Shown: piece by piece, positions 23,621-37,667 of the stretch | Position numbering within the stretch: the first letter of the stretch is position 1 | Layout: the number at the start of each line of letters is the position of its first letter | Assembly: GCF_006345805.1 (NCBI RefSeq) | Contig: NC_042998.1 | Span: 107,756,001 to 107,820,000, forward strand | Origin: Octopus sinensis | Taxonomy: Eukaryota | DNA: 64,000 nt | Direction: 5' to 3' | The notes under the pieces: model-generated | What the model was told of the DNA's origin: nothing | The model's database searches: none | What the model saw: only the letters and a program-made list of their open reading frames with translations | Program-made: the position numbers and the translations under genes

Positions 23621-25731
23621 GGCATAAATAACTATGAAGGCAGTTATGATTGTTAAAGACAGCATATATATAACAGACTCTCTTTTGTCAATTTTGAGCG
23701 TTTCACTCATTCAAGTAATAGAATTCAAAGTATTATAAAGAAAATGGCCAAGTATTTCATATGCACTGACACTCTTAATGTAATCTTTGGATAGACTCAG
23801 TGTCACAAGGCTTAACTCTTTAAAAAAAATTAGAAATATAGGCAGCTTCTGTAGTTTCAATCTATTCAGTTTCATTAACAAGGCTTGGGGTGGTCTTTCT
23901 GTAAACCTTTTAGCCTATAGAAAGTACAGCTTCAATTTAAATTTTGTTTCTAAAGGTTTTCTTAAACCTATAGTTTTTATACAATGCCAATGTTAAGTTG
24001 CATGTTTGTATACATTATGATTTTAACCATTAGAATTTTATTAATTTTTTTTTATAAATAGCTAAGTACTGTGGATAATTATTATTCTCATAAAAGGTAT
24101 ATATATATATTTAGATATATAAACTGAGGTTCTTTCCTGTCCAAGATGCATATTAAAAAAATAGTCATACTAGAACAGTGAAATCAAATCCAGAAGCCAA
24201 TTTGAAATTTTATATAACACAGGTAATCTCAAATAAAATAATTCCTGATGTATTTGGATTTCTTCAAAACTTTTAAAGTTTTGCCTTCTCAGATTTTAGA
24301 TGTACTGGGTTGGTCAGTTTCTGTATATCACTCTTAACTTTTCTCTGCCCATATCATGTTGAAAGCAGATTGGTGCAGTTGATTATGGTTGGAAAACACT
24401 ACTAGAAGTTAATCTGAAACAGTTTAAACAAGAATATAATTGTCTTTGTCGTAACTGACAAGATGGAATAATTCTCTTTCCACTGTTTCTGAGCTGTATC
24501 TACTCAAAAACACTTATATTCAAGTTCAACGCACATGAAAAATCTGTGTATCTGATGGATACACAAATTTTCACGAAGTATATAAATTTGCTAACACTTC
24601 AACATGTTTAATTATGCAGCTCAAATTAAGATGGATTAATATATGTGTATGTAGTATAGATACCAGTCTCACAGGTGTTGCAAAATGGACAAAAATGTCA
24701 CCAAAAATGAAGGAAAATTATTCTTAAGTAATACAGAAACAAGATAAGCTACTTTATCTCCTTATATACCACTTTCATTTGCCTTGTCTGTATAACACAA
24801 TATACATCACACATTAGTCTGAAGAACAATTACAGTTAGCAGAAGTAGCTGTAGAGGTTGCCAATAGATATGATGAAACAAGAAAATAAATTCAGAAATT
24901 CACAGTAAAAACACTGAAAACAAGAATAATTTGAAAAATTAATATTATTTCTTTGAAATTGACAAATAAATGAAAATCAAAGTCAATAAAAATATGTATT
25001 CATACAAATTGTATATATATGTTGTATTGCAGCCCTTTTCTTTTATTAACAAAAAATGGTTAAAAAAATAAGTATTTCTTAATGTCCAATAGGACCTATC
25101 AACCTTTTATAGCTATTGATGTTTAAAAAGAAAACAGAGCAATTGCCTCTGTTTATCACACTTGTATGAGATAAATAAAATAGCAATTGAGATATCATAT
25201 TAGTTGTCAACAAGAGTTGTATAGAAAGACATTCCCAACATTAACCAACACAAAAGTTTTGGAATGTTAAATGGTAGTGACTGGTGACAAAGAGAAAGAG
25301 TTGATGACCTAAAATATAACACAACCATTATATATTGAAAAGTTAAGATAAACACGAGTATAAATATTTAGTTCCTAGATATGCTTTCCTGTTGCAGTTA
25401 TTTGGAACTCAGCATTGGATATTCCAAGTGCATTTGGGTGTCCAACTGCAATGGATCATCAAAAGAACGTTTTATTGCAGTCTCTTACAGAGATCTAATA
25501 TAATACTAGATCTCTGAGAGAGAGACAGGGAGGGAGGGAGAGAGAGGGGGAGGGAGGTAGGGGAGAGAGAGAGACAGTGTATGTGTGTGTGTGTGTATAT
25601 ATACAGATACATATACAAATTTAGAGGAATTTGTATGTAACACAATTTTTAATCTTTGGATTTTTAAAAATATGCTAAGCCACTTAATATCAATTTCTAC
25701 CCTTATTATTTAATTATATATACATACATGC

Positions 25732-25850
<119 letters not shown>

Positions 25851-25852
25851 AA

Positions 25853-26027
25853 AAACAGGTTGCTTGACCGCATACCGAAAATAGAAATAGCAGTCAAGAA
25901 TGCTTATTCCTTCTGTTTTGCATATGTGAATTACAGGGTTTGTCATGCCCGGAGTTCAACTTTGATAGAAATAAGCATTCTTGACTGCTATTTCTATTTT
26001 TTCGGTATGCGGTCAAGCAACCTGTTT
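25853..26027. mobile_element. MITE with near-perfect 56-58-bp TIRs at the edge of a (TA)n tract
   Basis: aaacaggttgcttgaccgcatacc...aatgcttatt (25853-25908) mirrored at 25970-26027. Confidence 0.85.
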
Positions 26028-26167
26028 GCCTGTCCCTTTTTCTTATATACAATATATATACTGAACTTTACAGAAGTTCCTGCCGGTAATCGGCTATATT
26101 TACATACCGAATTCTACCAGTAAATAATTGGGGCTTTTTTAAAAGCCTTTATAGAAATTATTTACTC

Positions 26168-26198
<31 letters not shown>

Positions 26199-27189
26199 TT
26201 CACAGTTGCTAACCATGAACTATTAAAAAACTTTTTTCAGCCTAATGAACTTTGGTATGGGAAAAACCTACAACTTTCTAGACCAATAAACTATTATTGT
26301 TTCTGAAAGTTGTTTTTATACCTACACCCACAACCTTGGATCTTACAATTACATATTAAATATATATATGTTAAGTTAGATTTAGTGAAGTTTCAAAATA
26401 TTTTCTTTTTACTAGGTAAAACCCTAATTGTGCCAGAAGAAAAACTTGACAGTAAATTTCATTGATATCAGTTCTTTACATTGACAGCATAAGAATGAAA
26501 AGTGAAGTTGAACTGTACTAGGATTTAAGCTCAGAGCCACGAAACATTGAACTTTTAAAACCTGTAAAATATTTAACTTATCTGTCTTCTGGTGGTAAGT
26601 TTGCAGAATAATAGACTAAATATCTTATATTATTAAGTAAAAATGTATGTGTGGCATGTTTGACTGTTTAACATACAAGACTTTGATGTCACCTATGGTA
26701 AACAGTTTATGAACTAGACATCTGTTCAAATAAGACTGACTCACCAATCATCTTTGCCTTGTAAAGAATAAGAGATTTTTGTTATTTAACATTTCTTATA
26801 ACTGAGACTTATACAGGAATAGAACATTAACATTGCATTAACTCTTCAGAACGATTCTAAGAACTAAAATCTAGTTGTGGATTTAATCTGTCAATAATTA
26901 ACCAAAACCCAGTGTTCACTTATAAAATTTTCTTACTTTGGCATAAGGCCATAAAACTTAATAAGAAGAAGCAGTTAAAACTGACCCCCAGTATATGATG
27001 AACACTTGTTGTATTGATGAATGTGGGAAAGTGATGAAATATGAAATGGAGATGTAGAAATATGAATGGGGATGTTCTCAAGGAGAGGAACAATGGTGAA
27101 ATTTGAAATGGGGATGTAGAGGAATATTAAACAATTAAACTGTGTTAATAATAATAATGACAATGATGATAGAAAAGGAAATTGGAATA

Positions 27190-27370
27190 GAATGTCTGGT
27201 AGAACTCCTAGAGAAAGTTTGTCTCTTAGGGACAGCAAGGATTATCAGGAGGATTCTAAGCACTTGAAAGACAGCTGAAAACTTGTGGATACCTAAGGTT
27301 ACAGGTAGTAGCCCATCAACCACATAAATCCTAGCAGGAATAAGACCGAATCTGAGCCAAACCAAAATAA
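27190..27370 (+). mobile_element. 3' tip of an R4/Dong-like element
   Basis: 'KVCLLGTARIIRRILST*' resembles the RLE C-terminus; a second copy is at 28925-29110; adjacent to (TAA)n. Confidence 0.65.
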
Positions 27371-27374
27371 TAAT

Positions 27375-28900
27375 AGTTTCAAATTTTGGCACAAGGCCAA
27401 AAACTTTGGATTAGAGGGTATTTCAATTATGTGGACCCCAGTGCTCAACTGGTACTTATTTTATCAGGCCTGAAAGGATGAAAAGCAAAGTTGACTGTGG
27501 CAGAACTTAAATTCAGAATGTAAAGATGGACGAAATAATAATAATAATGATAATAATAATAATAATAAGAAGGTGACAACGAAGAGGAAGACAAAGAAGA
27601 AGGTGAAGAAGAAGAAGAAAGGAGACTAACAGCACTATACTTGCAGTGCAAGATTGGACTTAAGTCACAAATTTGGGGGGTGGGGCAACCTAAAGAAATG
27701 AGTGTCTCCATTGTGTAGAATTTGTAATGGACTTAACAAAGCCCTTACCAATTTTGGTTCTTGTCCAGAACATTGTGGAGACATGATGAGGTAGCAAATA
27801 AAAGTGCAGCATTGGAAACTGTGAGAGAAGTGAGGGCTAGAGAGAAGCAAGACATGGAATGAACACAACTTATAGAAAGGGGCTGCCTCAGAGTGTTGCA
27901 AAATGCTATGGGATTTCTCAATTTAAATGTGGTGGCAGACAAGGTGAACCACATGTGCTCTTTAACAGATTGCTGTGTGCCCTTTGGACCCATGAATAGT
28001 TAAGGAAAGCGAAAAATAGACATTTACAACCTTCTTAGCTTGACTATGGAAAATGGGAAAGGTGAAGATAGTGCCAATTATTGTTGGGGCCTTGGGGATA
28101 GCATCAGAAGGTATTGAGAGAATTTGAACTCAGAATGTAAAGATGAGATGAAATGTTGCTAAGCATTTTGTCCGGCATGATAATGATTCTGCCAGCTTGC
28201 CACTTCACTTAATAATAATAATCCTTTCTACTATAAGTATAAGGCTTGAAATTTGGCGGGTGGGGTGGAAGAGGGCTAGTTGATTACATTGACTCCAGAG
28301 CAAAACTGATACTTATTTCATTGACCCTGAAAGGATGAAAAGCAAAGTCAACCTTAGTGGAATTTGAACTCAGAACATAAAAGATGAATGAAATACGACT
28401 AAGCATTTTGTCCAGCATCCTAATGAGTCTGCCAGCCTACTGTCCTAATAGTAATAATAATAATTTCAAATTTTAGCACATGGTCAGCAGTTTTGGGGGA
28501 AGGGTTAAGTCGATTACATCACCCCCAGTACTCAACTGGAACTTATTTGATCAACCCTGAAAGGATGAAAGGCAAAGTTGATCTTGGTGGAATTTGAACT
28601 CAGAACATGAAGCCGGATGAAATATTGTAAAGCATTTCACCCAGTGTGCAAACAATTTTGCCATCTTGCCAACTTTGTCCTAATAATAATAACCCTTTCT
28701 ATTATAGGCTCAAGGCTTGAAATTTTTGAGGAGGGGACTAGTCGATTACATCAACCCCAGTATTCCATTGGTACTGAATATATTGACCCTCAAAAGGATG
28801 AAAGCCAAAGTTGACCTCAGTGAAATTTGAACTCAGAACGTAAAGACAGATAAAATGCTGCTAAGTATCTTGGCTGGTGTGCTAATGATTCAACCAGCAT
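27375..28900 (-). mobile_element. Array of related SINE copies separated by (TAA)n
   Basis: Repeated modules containing 'gaaaggatgaaaggcaaagttgacct..gtggaatttgaactcagaa' at ~27375-27535, ~28110-28205, ~28225-28445, ~28460-28675 and ~28695-28900. Confidence 0.85.
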
Positions 28901-28924
28901 GCAACTTTAATAATAACAATAAAA

Positions 28925-29691
28925 TGCCCTGTAGAGCTCCCACAGAAAGTTTGTCTCTTAGGGACAGCAACGATAATTATAAGGGTTCTAAACACTTGAA
29001 AGACTAGTGAAAATTTGTGGATACCTAAGGTTACAGGTAGTAACCTGCTAACCACATATATCCTACCAGAAGTAAGACTGAACCTGAGCCAAACCAAATA
29101 ATAGATTTGCCTAAAATCATTATAAGCTGTGGTGGCATGATATGGTAGCAAAGGTGCTACATTATAAACTGGGGTCTAGAGAGACACAAGACATGGTATG
29201 AGCACAAACTGCAGAGTGTGGTGGAGTTGGAGACCTGCAAAGTCCTGGAGGATTTCCCAATCCAAACAGATCAGGTGCTTGAGCACAACAAGCCTGACTT
29301 AGTGGTGATGGACAGGGTAAATCACATGTGTTATATAATTGATGTTGTGTGCCCCTTTGATCCACAAATAGGTGAAAAAGTAGGCACATACAATCCTCTT
29401 AAATATGAAATAGTCTGGCTATGGAAAATGAAGAAACTGAAGAGAGTGCCAGTTATTGTTAGGTTCTTGGGGACAGTATCAGGAAGCATCAAAAGGAATA
29501 TAAAAGAAATAGGAATAGAGTATCCAGTATAGAGTGTCAGAATAATCAGGAAAGTATGAGATAGTTGAAAAGAACAGATAGCATGGTACTATAGGCTGCA
29601 GATAGCAAGCCCACTACTCATGCAAAATTCCAGGAGTTCCAACAAAATCTGATCTTCTAAAAAAAAAACAATAATAATAATAATAATAATA
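28925..29691 (+). mobile_element. R4/Dong-like 3' fragments ending in (TAA)n
   Basis: 'DFPIQTDQVLEHNKPDLVV...CYIIDV.CPFD...KY..L..EI..LWK...VPVIV..LGTV' is an RLE domain; (AAT)n tail at ~29670-29691. Confidence 0.85.
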
Positions 29692-30664
29692 TTCAATGAC
29701 AATAAACATACAAAACAAGTACAAGTTTTTGACTGGTCAACTGAAAGTTTTCTTTGGATATGTTAGACAAGAACCCCAGCTTCTTACCCCATGCAAAAAA
29801 AAAACCCAAACTTTATTACAAAGGTACAGTCTCTTACTCACTATATACAGAAATATTGGAGTGATATATATCAAAGGCCATACTTCAGTTAGCAATCCAG
29901 ATTGCAAATTTTTAGTTCGGTTTACCATCACTCTGGAGTCGTCATTAATAATCAGAAAGTCATTACCAACATATTAAAATACAATGAAAGCCAATCTTTT
30001 AAGGACTATCTTTTTGTAGTATAAACAGGGAAGATTTGAATTGCAGGGCAGCAAAATAAGATTTTCATACAAATACATGATTGGTAAGTGGCTCGGAATT
30101 TGCTTTATATTGATTGAGGTCCCACTCCAATATGAAAGGTTTAAATTATTAGAGTAAGTTTATCCTTCGCAGACATACTGAAAGGTGTAATACAAATAAT
30201 ATATACAATAAACACACAAGTGTGCATGTGCGCGCGCACACACACACACACATGAAGGATATAGCAGTCATAAAAAATGTAAATTCACTAATAATTTAAA
30301 ACCCTAGATTAAATAGAGCCCAACTGCCATTAAATACACACATATACACACTCACTCCCACACATACATATACACATACACACACTCAATATCACATGCA
30401 TACACATGCACACACACACACATATTTATACATATATACATAAATAATTTTTGTCAAAGATAAATACAATTGGATTATAATATCATTGACTGAGTAATGT
30501 ATAGATTATTCCAATGTAAAACTTTAAAATCAACTGAATCTGTTGCAATCTTGAATTATATACTTTTTTGGTTGTTGTTACATTCCCCAACCCTCTGTCA
30601 ATCCCTCCAAGTATTAAATATAACTATCATTCATTTATATTTTCTTTAAACGTTGTGTCTTCCT

Positions 30665-30741
30665 TCATACATTGGGTTGCTGGTTATTGATTGGATTACT
30701 TGATTCAGTTGGTGTATTTTGTGTGTAAGGTACATACAACT
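30665..30741 (-). CDS. MFSD12: Probable last coding exon of the MFSD12-like gene (KLYVPYTQ...QQPNV*)
   Basis: Long polypyrimidine acceptor tttctctttttctcttgtag, phase 1 matches the previous exon, TGA at 30665-30667. The tail is not conserved, so there is no motif support. Confidence 0.6.
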
Positions 30742-33680
30742 CTACAAGAGAAAAAGAGAAAAACAATAAAAGGTTAGTAAATTGATAAAAACAGAAGACC
30801 ATTATTGTGTGGAATGAAATTTTTGCTGACTTAATTGATCCTAGGAAAGTTCATAGAAAAGTTTCATAAGTTAAACAATTGTCATGGAAAATGAAAAGGA
30901 GAAACTGTTATTACTTGGGTAGTGCATAAGTATGTAAAGTGATGGTGACAGCATAATTGTAGTATGTTACTAGTACGAGGAAAATATGAAAAGCAGGTTA
31001 CTCCAAGAAAATACAGTAAACCCACTTAGAAGACAATATATTTGATCAGACGGTACTACATTATCTAAATACTAATATATGTAAGGAATTATGATTCACA
31101 CTTATGCACACTCCCACATACACTCAAATTGTCCATACAATTTTTACCTATCATGAATAGAAAACAGCTTGCAACTCCAAATGCTTGAAGTTCATCAAAG
31201 GTGCTATAGATACACATTATAATGAATATAAAAACTGCAAGTATTAAAGTAATTGGGAGTTGGCAAACATCGGGTGTATGTAGGTAACTCTTTATGGCCA
31301 TAGCAACAATTCCATCATGAAAAATGTAGATAAAGATGATTCATTCAAGAAAAAAATTGTTTTGATGAAATGTAAGATAGGTTTGCTAAATGGACAATGC
31401 AGCAAATGCAATAAGATCAAATTATAATAATGGAAAAAAGTTAGGAATATCTTCAGTCATCTGCATATATATATATATATATATATATACCTGGACAAAC
31501 AAGATTTTCGAGGAAGACTAGCAGTTTCCTATGCATGTAAGCTCCCCCTCTCCAAGCCACAATGGGGGAAAGCTACCAACTTGGGCTGACACAATCTGGC
31601 ACCCATTTTGTCAGAGGTGTTGCTGCCAAAACACAAAGGACTGGAACAGGCACAGCAAAATATTTTGTTGAATAGTTTTACCCATTGGTATTTTTTCATT
31701 AATCCTGAAAGTGCCATGAAGAGTGAAAAATATGTTTGCTAATTCCCAATTGCCTCTACACATACAACTTTATATTCAGCATAATGTGTTTCTGCAGTGT
31801 ATTAGATGAAATTTCAGCACTTGGCGATGCAAACATTTTTTTATCCATGATGGGTAAAAATTGCATAAACAATTGAGAAGTATGTGCAAATATACTTTGT
31901 TCATTTCATTTTTCTATGCTAGTATGGGTTAGATGAATGTATTATTGAGGCACTGTTTTACAGCCAAATGCCTTTTCTGTTCTTACCTGTATTACAATTA
32001 ATGAATTTTGAAGGTATAAAACAAACAGATGATTTGTTGTCAGGAGAAACAACAGTAATGTAGCTCAGCAATTTTCAGAGAATCACACATGTAAACAAAC
32101 ACAGGTGCACACACACGATAGGCTACTTTCAGTTCTGCCTACCAAATCTACTCACAAGGCCCATTGAAAAAAAAAAAAGCATTGCTCAAGGAGCTGTGCA
32201 GAGGAGCTGAACCTGAAATTACATGGTTGTGAAGCAAGCTTCTTAACCCCACAGCCATGCCTGCAATAAGTGTGAATTAAGTGTCACATGTTACCATATG
32301 TTTAATATAATGATGTAGAGCTACCCCACTGAAAGTACTGCCTAAAAGAAAAAGATTATAAGAATGAATCAATGCTACATAGGGCTGTTAGGTGAGGTGG
32401 GTTAATAGAATCTCATGGTAAAAGAAGACAGTATGTTCTTTGAAGAAACTACACATAATTAGGAAGAAAATAGCAGAAATATATATGTTTATTAAGAAAA
32501 TCAAATAAACACTATTAATAAATTTTTCTAACAGAAATCTAAATTATTATAAAAGAAATAATAATCAATAACTTTTCTGAATAATAAAAAATAGAAGTAC
32601 AATTATATTATAATACAAGAAAGTTCATACAGAAATTAAAAAAATAGCAATCAAATCAAATAACTGAAACTCATGCAATTATAAAACCCTAGTTAATTAA
32701 ACAGTTTTCATTGACAATATACAGTTTTTAATTTGTTTTTCATATTTGATAATAACAATAATAAAAAGATATGTATACAGTATTAAATTGTTGAATTGTG
32801 AACTGGCAGAATTGGTAAAGCATCAGGCAAAATACCTTGTTGTAAAAAGCACCCACTACACTGTGTAAAGTGGTCGACATTAGGAAGGGCATCTAGCCAT
32901 AGAAACTATGCCAAAACAGGCAATTAGAGCCTGGTGCAGCTCTCTGGCTTGTCAGCTCCTGTTAAACCTTCCAACCCATGCCAGCGTGGAAAATGGATGT
33001 TAAATAATGATGATGAAATATATATATATATGTTTTTTCCTATGCCTTTCACTCTCTTTTACTACACCCTTCATGATTCCTGTCTCTTCATCATCTCTTC
33101 TCTCATCTCTCCACCACCTAGGTTGACTGCATCATCATCCACTTCACTCTGATGCCTTCATTTTTCCCCAGACCTATATATAAAATGTTGTATTGGACAG
33201 TGCTCATGCCCCTACCTACCCAATACACTTTAGCTTCCCTCTGCTATCATACTTGCCTTACTGTGCTACCAACCAGCACACTCTCTCTTGGCTACCTGTA
33301 TTGCTACCCAACACCTACTCTTGCCTCTATCTTACTACATGCCCTTGATCCCTAGAGTGCTCTCCAGCTTTTCTACAACTCTTCCACTATCCTTTTCTGT
33401 CACTACCCTTTCTCCATGGGATGTTTTACTTGAATTCACACTTTGCTCTTCCCCTACCTCTATGGTGCTCCCAGTCCCACTTTCATTTATTGCTTGTTGT
33501 ACTCACCTATAGTCCTCTTCCTACAGCTTCTCTGCTTCCTCAACACCCCTCCTATCCTTTCCCTTTTGATCTACTTTGTTCTTTCCTTCAACAACTCTCT
33601 CTGGATTCTTCGCCATCCTCATCTATTTTCTCTGTTTTGTTCCCTTTCCCTCACATCACCCATCCATATTCACCATTATA

Positions 33681-34725
33681 CAGTACCGTGCAAAAGTCTT
33701 TAACCACTTTAAACTATTGTAAATTTCTACTAATTTCCAACTTATAAGTGGATGTTCCACATGACATTTTTTACAGATGAAACATTGGCCCTGTTAGAGT
33801 CATTTCCATACCTAATCATTATATTTTGTAGTAGGGGTTCTGAATGAGCGGGGAAGATGTGAGATGACCACCAAAAATGGCTGTGCAAAAGATTTTGGCC
33901 ACCTCACATAAACCAATCAAAATACAGTGTTGTAAAATAGAAAAATGTCTATAATGAAAATTTATTACATAATGTTCTTTGAAGAAGTTACTGCACATTG
34001 TTAATATTTCATGTGGCTTCCCTTAGCTTGAATAATTGCTTCAATATACCTGGGAAGACATGTGTACAAATCCTTCATCATTTTTACCATCTTCACAGGT
34101 ATGAGCTGCCATTCTCTGTGGCTGAGCTCCCACAAAACTTCAAGATTGTGTGGATTCTTCAGATCAACTCTTCTCTTTAGTTCTGTCCACATTTGCTCAT
34201 TGATATTTAAGTCAGGGCTCTGAGCTGGTCAATCTTTCAATATGGTAACACCTTCATCAGCCAGACTGTTGTGTTGCACATGATCTGTGGCATGGAGCTC
34301 CATCATGCTGAAAAATCTCACCTTCATCCAAGTCTAGTATCAAATTGTCCTTCCGCAACTGGATGTATTTGGCACTATTCAAGTTATCATCAATTTTAAC
34401 CAATTTTCTTGAACCATCACTTTTTATGTATTCCCAAAGCATCAGACTCTTACCCCCAAACTTCACTATTTTCGTCGTGTAACGTGGATTGTTTCACTTT
34501 CCTGGAGGCCTTCTGACAAATTCTTGCTTTTGGTGATCATCTCACATCTTCCCCTCTCATTCAGAATCTCTACTATGAAATATAATGATTAGTTATGGAA
34601 ATGGCTCCAATAGGGCCAATGTTTCATCTGTAAAAAATGCACAATGCGAAACTTCCATTTATAAGTTGGCAATTAGTAGAAATTTACAATAGTTTAAAGT
34701 GGCCGAAGACTTTTGCATGGTACTG
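33681..34725 (-). mobile_element. Internally deleted Tc1-like element with ~195-bp TIRs and TA duplication
   Basis: TA|cagtaccgtgcaaaagtc... and ...gacttttgcatggtactg|TA; 'KFGGKSLMLW', 'FQHDGAPCH', 'W.ELKRRV', 'EAIIQAKG'. Confidence 0.92.
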
Positions 34726-35360
34726 TACTGGATAGCTTGGGACTCCACTACACAACCCACTTTATTACCTTTCTACTCTTTCTCTCATTAACTTCTGACT
34801 CTCATCCCCTCTTTTTCCCTTGTTCCTTACCATAATCTGTGTAATGATACCTTTCTTAATGCTTTTGGAAGAATGTGGAAGCAGAGTGAAAAGAAAACTA
34901 AAAACTAAATACTATAAAGTATTTCAAATGGCATTTCAACATTTCTTTTACAGCTACTTTCTAGAATTATTTTTCCTTTAAAAAGGATCAGCTATTGTAC
35001 ATAGTAACAGAATAGACTACACACCTTTGATTCCTTTTTCATCTTCATTCCTAACACATAATGTATATTTATAAGCGATAACAAATCAAATATTGAAATT
35101 TCTAAAAGAAATTGCAATCAACACCAAATTATTAAAAAAAATCAAAATTGAAACCCCAGATATAAAATCCATGTAACTCTTTATTGCAAAAAAAAAAAAA
35201 AAAAGCCTGTCCATTGCAATTTACTTACCAAATTTGAATAAAAGAAAATAATTTAGATTAAATATATATCAGAAGATTTGAATTCAATGATAAAACAGTA
35301 AAAGAAGTTTGCATTCTATTTTGGGAGGCTCATTATGCTAATAAGAAACACGTACTGGTT

Positions 35361-35396
<36 letters not shown>

Positions 35397-36600
35397 ATCT
35401 GGGATATTAGCATCTGTGTAGGCCCTCTTGATTCTATCCACAGTGACAGTGCCTCTAGAACCATTAAAGTCTATAGTAACATGTTTGTCAGAGCTTGCAA
35501 GTATGCAATATGGTCCAGAGTAAGGTGGAATGAGAGGATTTCTCACCGCATTATTTCTGATGAAAACATGGGTCCAAGAGGCAATGTCTTTTGGGACCAA
35601 AGGTTTAACAGCTTGGTGACAAGTGTTCATGGGTGGCAGGACTTGAAAGTACGAATGCAGGCCGTTCACACAGAGTGCAGGATCCTGAGTAGAAAGACCG
35701 ACTGGGGTAATCATCTGTCCCAGCAAAGACAAAGGAGCACTGTACAACAGCTCAGCTGGGGAGAATACAAGGTTCTCCTTAAACGAAGTTTGGATGCTGA
35801 GGAGAACTATGGGGAGGTACTCACTCCAGCATTGAGTACCAGGATAGGCATGAAATGCAGCTTTCAACTGGCAATGGAAATGCTCCACCATTCCATTAGA
35901 TGAAAGTATGGATCTGTTGAGCACTGATGATTTTTGTGAGTTCTGAAAAAAGGAGAGATTCAAATTGTCTAGCATGGTCTGTAGTAATGGTGGTAGGAAC
36001 ACCACAATGTGATATCCAACCTGATACCAGGGCTCACACTACCGATTCAGCAGAAATATCACTTAGTGGAATGGCTTCTGGCCATCAGGTGAAATGGTCA
36101 ATGCAGGTCAGGATGTATGAATATTTGTGACTGACAGGCCAGGGTCCCACGAGAGCAATATGAATACAGCGGAAACATGCATCAAGTACACTAAAAGTGC
36201 TGAGAGGGGCATGGATGTGTTTATGTACCTTCAACTTTTGACATTGAAGGCAAGACTGAGATCATTCAGTAACGTCACATCTCATAATTGGCCAAAGAAT
36301 CTTGCCCTTATGAGCTTCACTGAGGCTGTGACTCCAGGGTGTGAAGGATTGTGCAAAGCTTTGAATACAGCTTGTTGATGGGTCCCTGGAACAAAAGGAC
36401 AAGGTGAATCCATTGACACATCACATAATATCTGCATGTTAGCTGTTGGTAGAGCAGGTACTTCAATTTGCATGTTGCAAACTCATGAGAAGATGTGTCA
36501 AGTAAGTCCAGAGGAGGTTGGTCTGAGGACCAAACATCATATAATTTGCCTTTCATGTGAAGAGAAAAGCCTTTTGTTGCTAACCGCTGAACTTTTTCTA
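35397..36600 (-). mobile_element. Gypsy pol integrase relic
   Basis: 'LH..SHPGV.AS.KL...RF' (zinc-binding), 'SNGMVEHFH.QLKAA', 'SPAELLY' and 'PPYSGPY..L....K..TID..G....V.VDRIK'. Confidence 0.9.
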
Positions 36601-36639
36601 CTCTACTCTTATGCTAGCTACAATGTATACAGAGCACCC

Positions 36640-37250
36640 ATCTTCAAGGATAATTAGGTCACCTAGGTAACAGAAATTATCAACTACTTCTAGGGAGCCT
36701 TCAAAAAGATTTAGAAAAATTATTACATAGGTGCTCCGCCTACTAATTATTCCTGTACATCTGTACATTCATAGATTTTCTTCCCTGTCAGCCAGCTGTG
36801 ATCCTGCTACATCTCTTGTTACAGAGTTAACATTGGGAACATAGAGAATTCCTACCTACTCATTTTCTACATATCAAGTATAGCATTTTCTCAGATAGCA
36901 TTAAGACTTGCCTTCTCGCCTGTTAAATAAAACTTTTGATTTTGCTAGGTTTACATTAAAGCTTCTTAATTTTAGGCATTGCTCCTTCCTTTAGAATTTT
37001 TTCTTTAATTCTTTAGCAGATTCAGCTTCAAGAAGTAGAGCATACAGAAGTTCCCATGGATAGTTACTCTCAAACTCTTCTGTTATGATCTGAAATACTA
37101 TAATAAAAGGAAGAGACTGAGAATTGAATGTTGGAGATATATCTACATGTTAAATCACCATCATATTCTCACTTCCTTTACAATTCTATGCAAATTCATC
37201 TCCTGTCACTACTCTCTTCTATTCATTCCCTTGATCGTATTGTTTGAATG
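36640..37250 (-). mobile_element. Old RTE LINE fragment
   Basis: Manual translation 'FIIVFQIITEEFESNYPWELLYA', 'VNLAK'. Confidence 0.6.
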
Positions 37251-37667
37251 CTTGGAGACATGAGAAGAATAGTAAAGGTTCTTTAGTCTTGTGATGTACA
37301 AGGTAACCTTACTAGTGCTGATATCACAATAAAATGTACCCAAGATACACAGTAAAGTTTTTGGTTAGCAAGTGGAAAGAATGTAAAGAGGAGATTTTAG
37401 TCTTGTTAAAAACACTACAATCTTTAGTGTTGAGAATTTAGTGTCTTTATCTAGAACAAAGGTAATCTGTTTTAGCTGTCAAAATGTCAACATCACATTG
37501 CAGCTTCCTATATTTCATTCAGCTTTTCCAAGTCTGTGGAATCAATAGAAAACAGTAAATATACAGCACAATATAAGGCTGTTGACCATGAGAACCAATA
37601 AATCAGGAAAAGAAGAAATAAGACCAATGACTCAGACTAAGTTTCAGCCCTGTGATCAGAAACCATG

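Noticed and set aside
29838-29935. Minus-strand frame MVNRTK...PLIYITPIFLYI with a gtgagt donor
   Set aside because: Weak acceptor, no recognisable family, downstream of the MFSD12 stop; probably UTR or intergenic.
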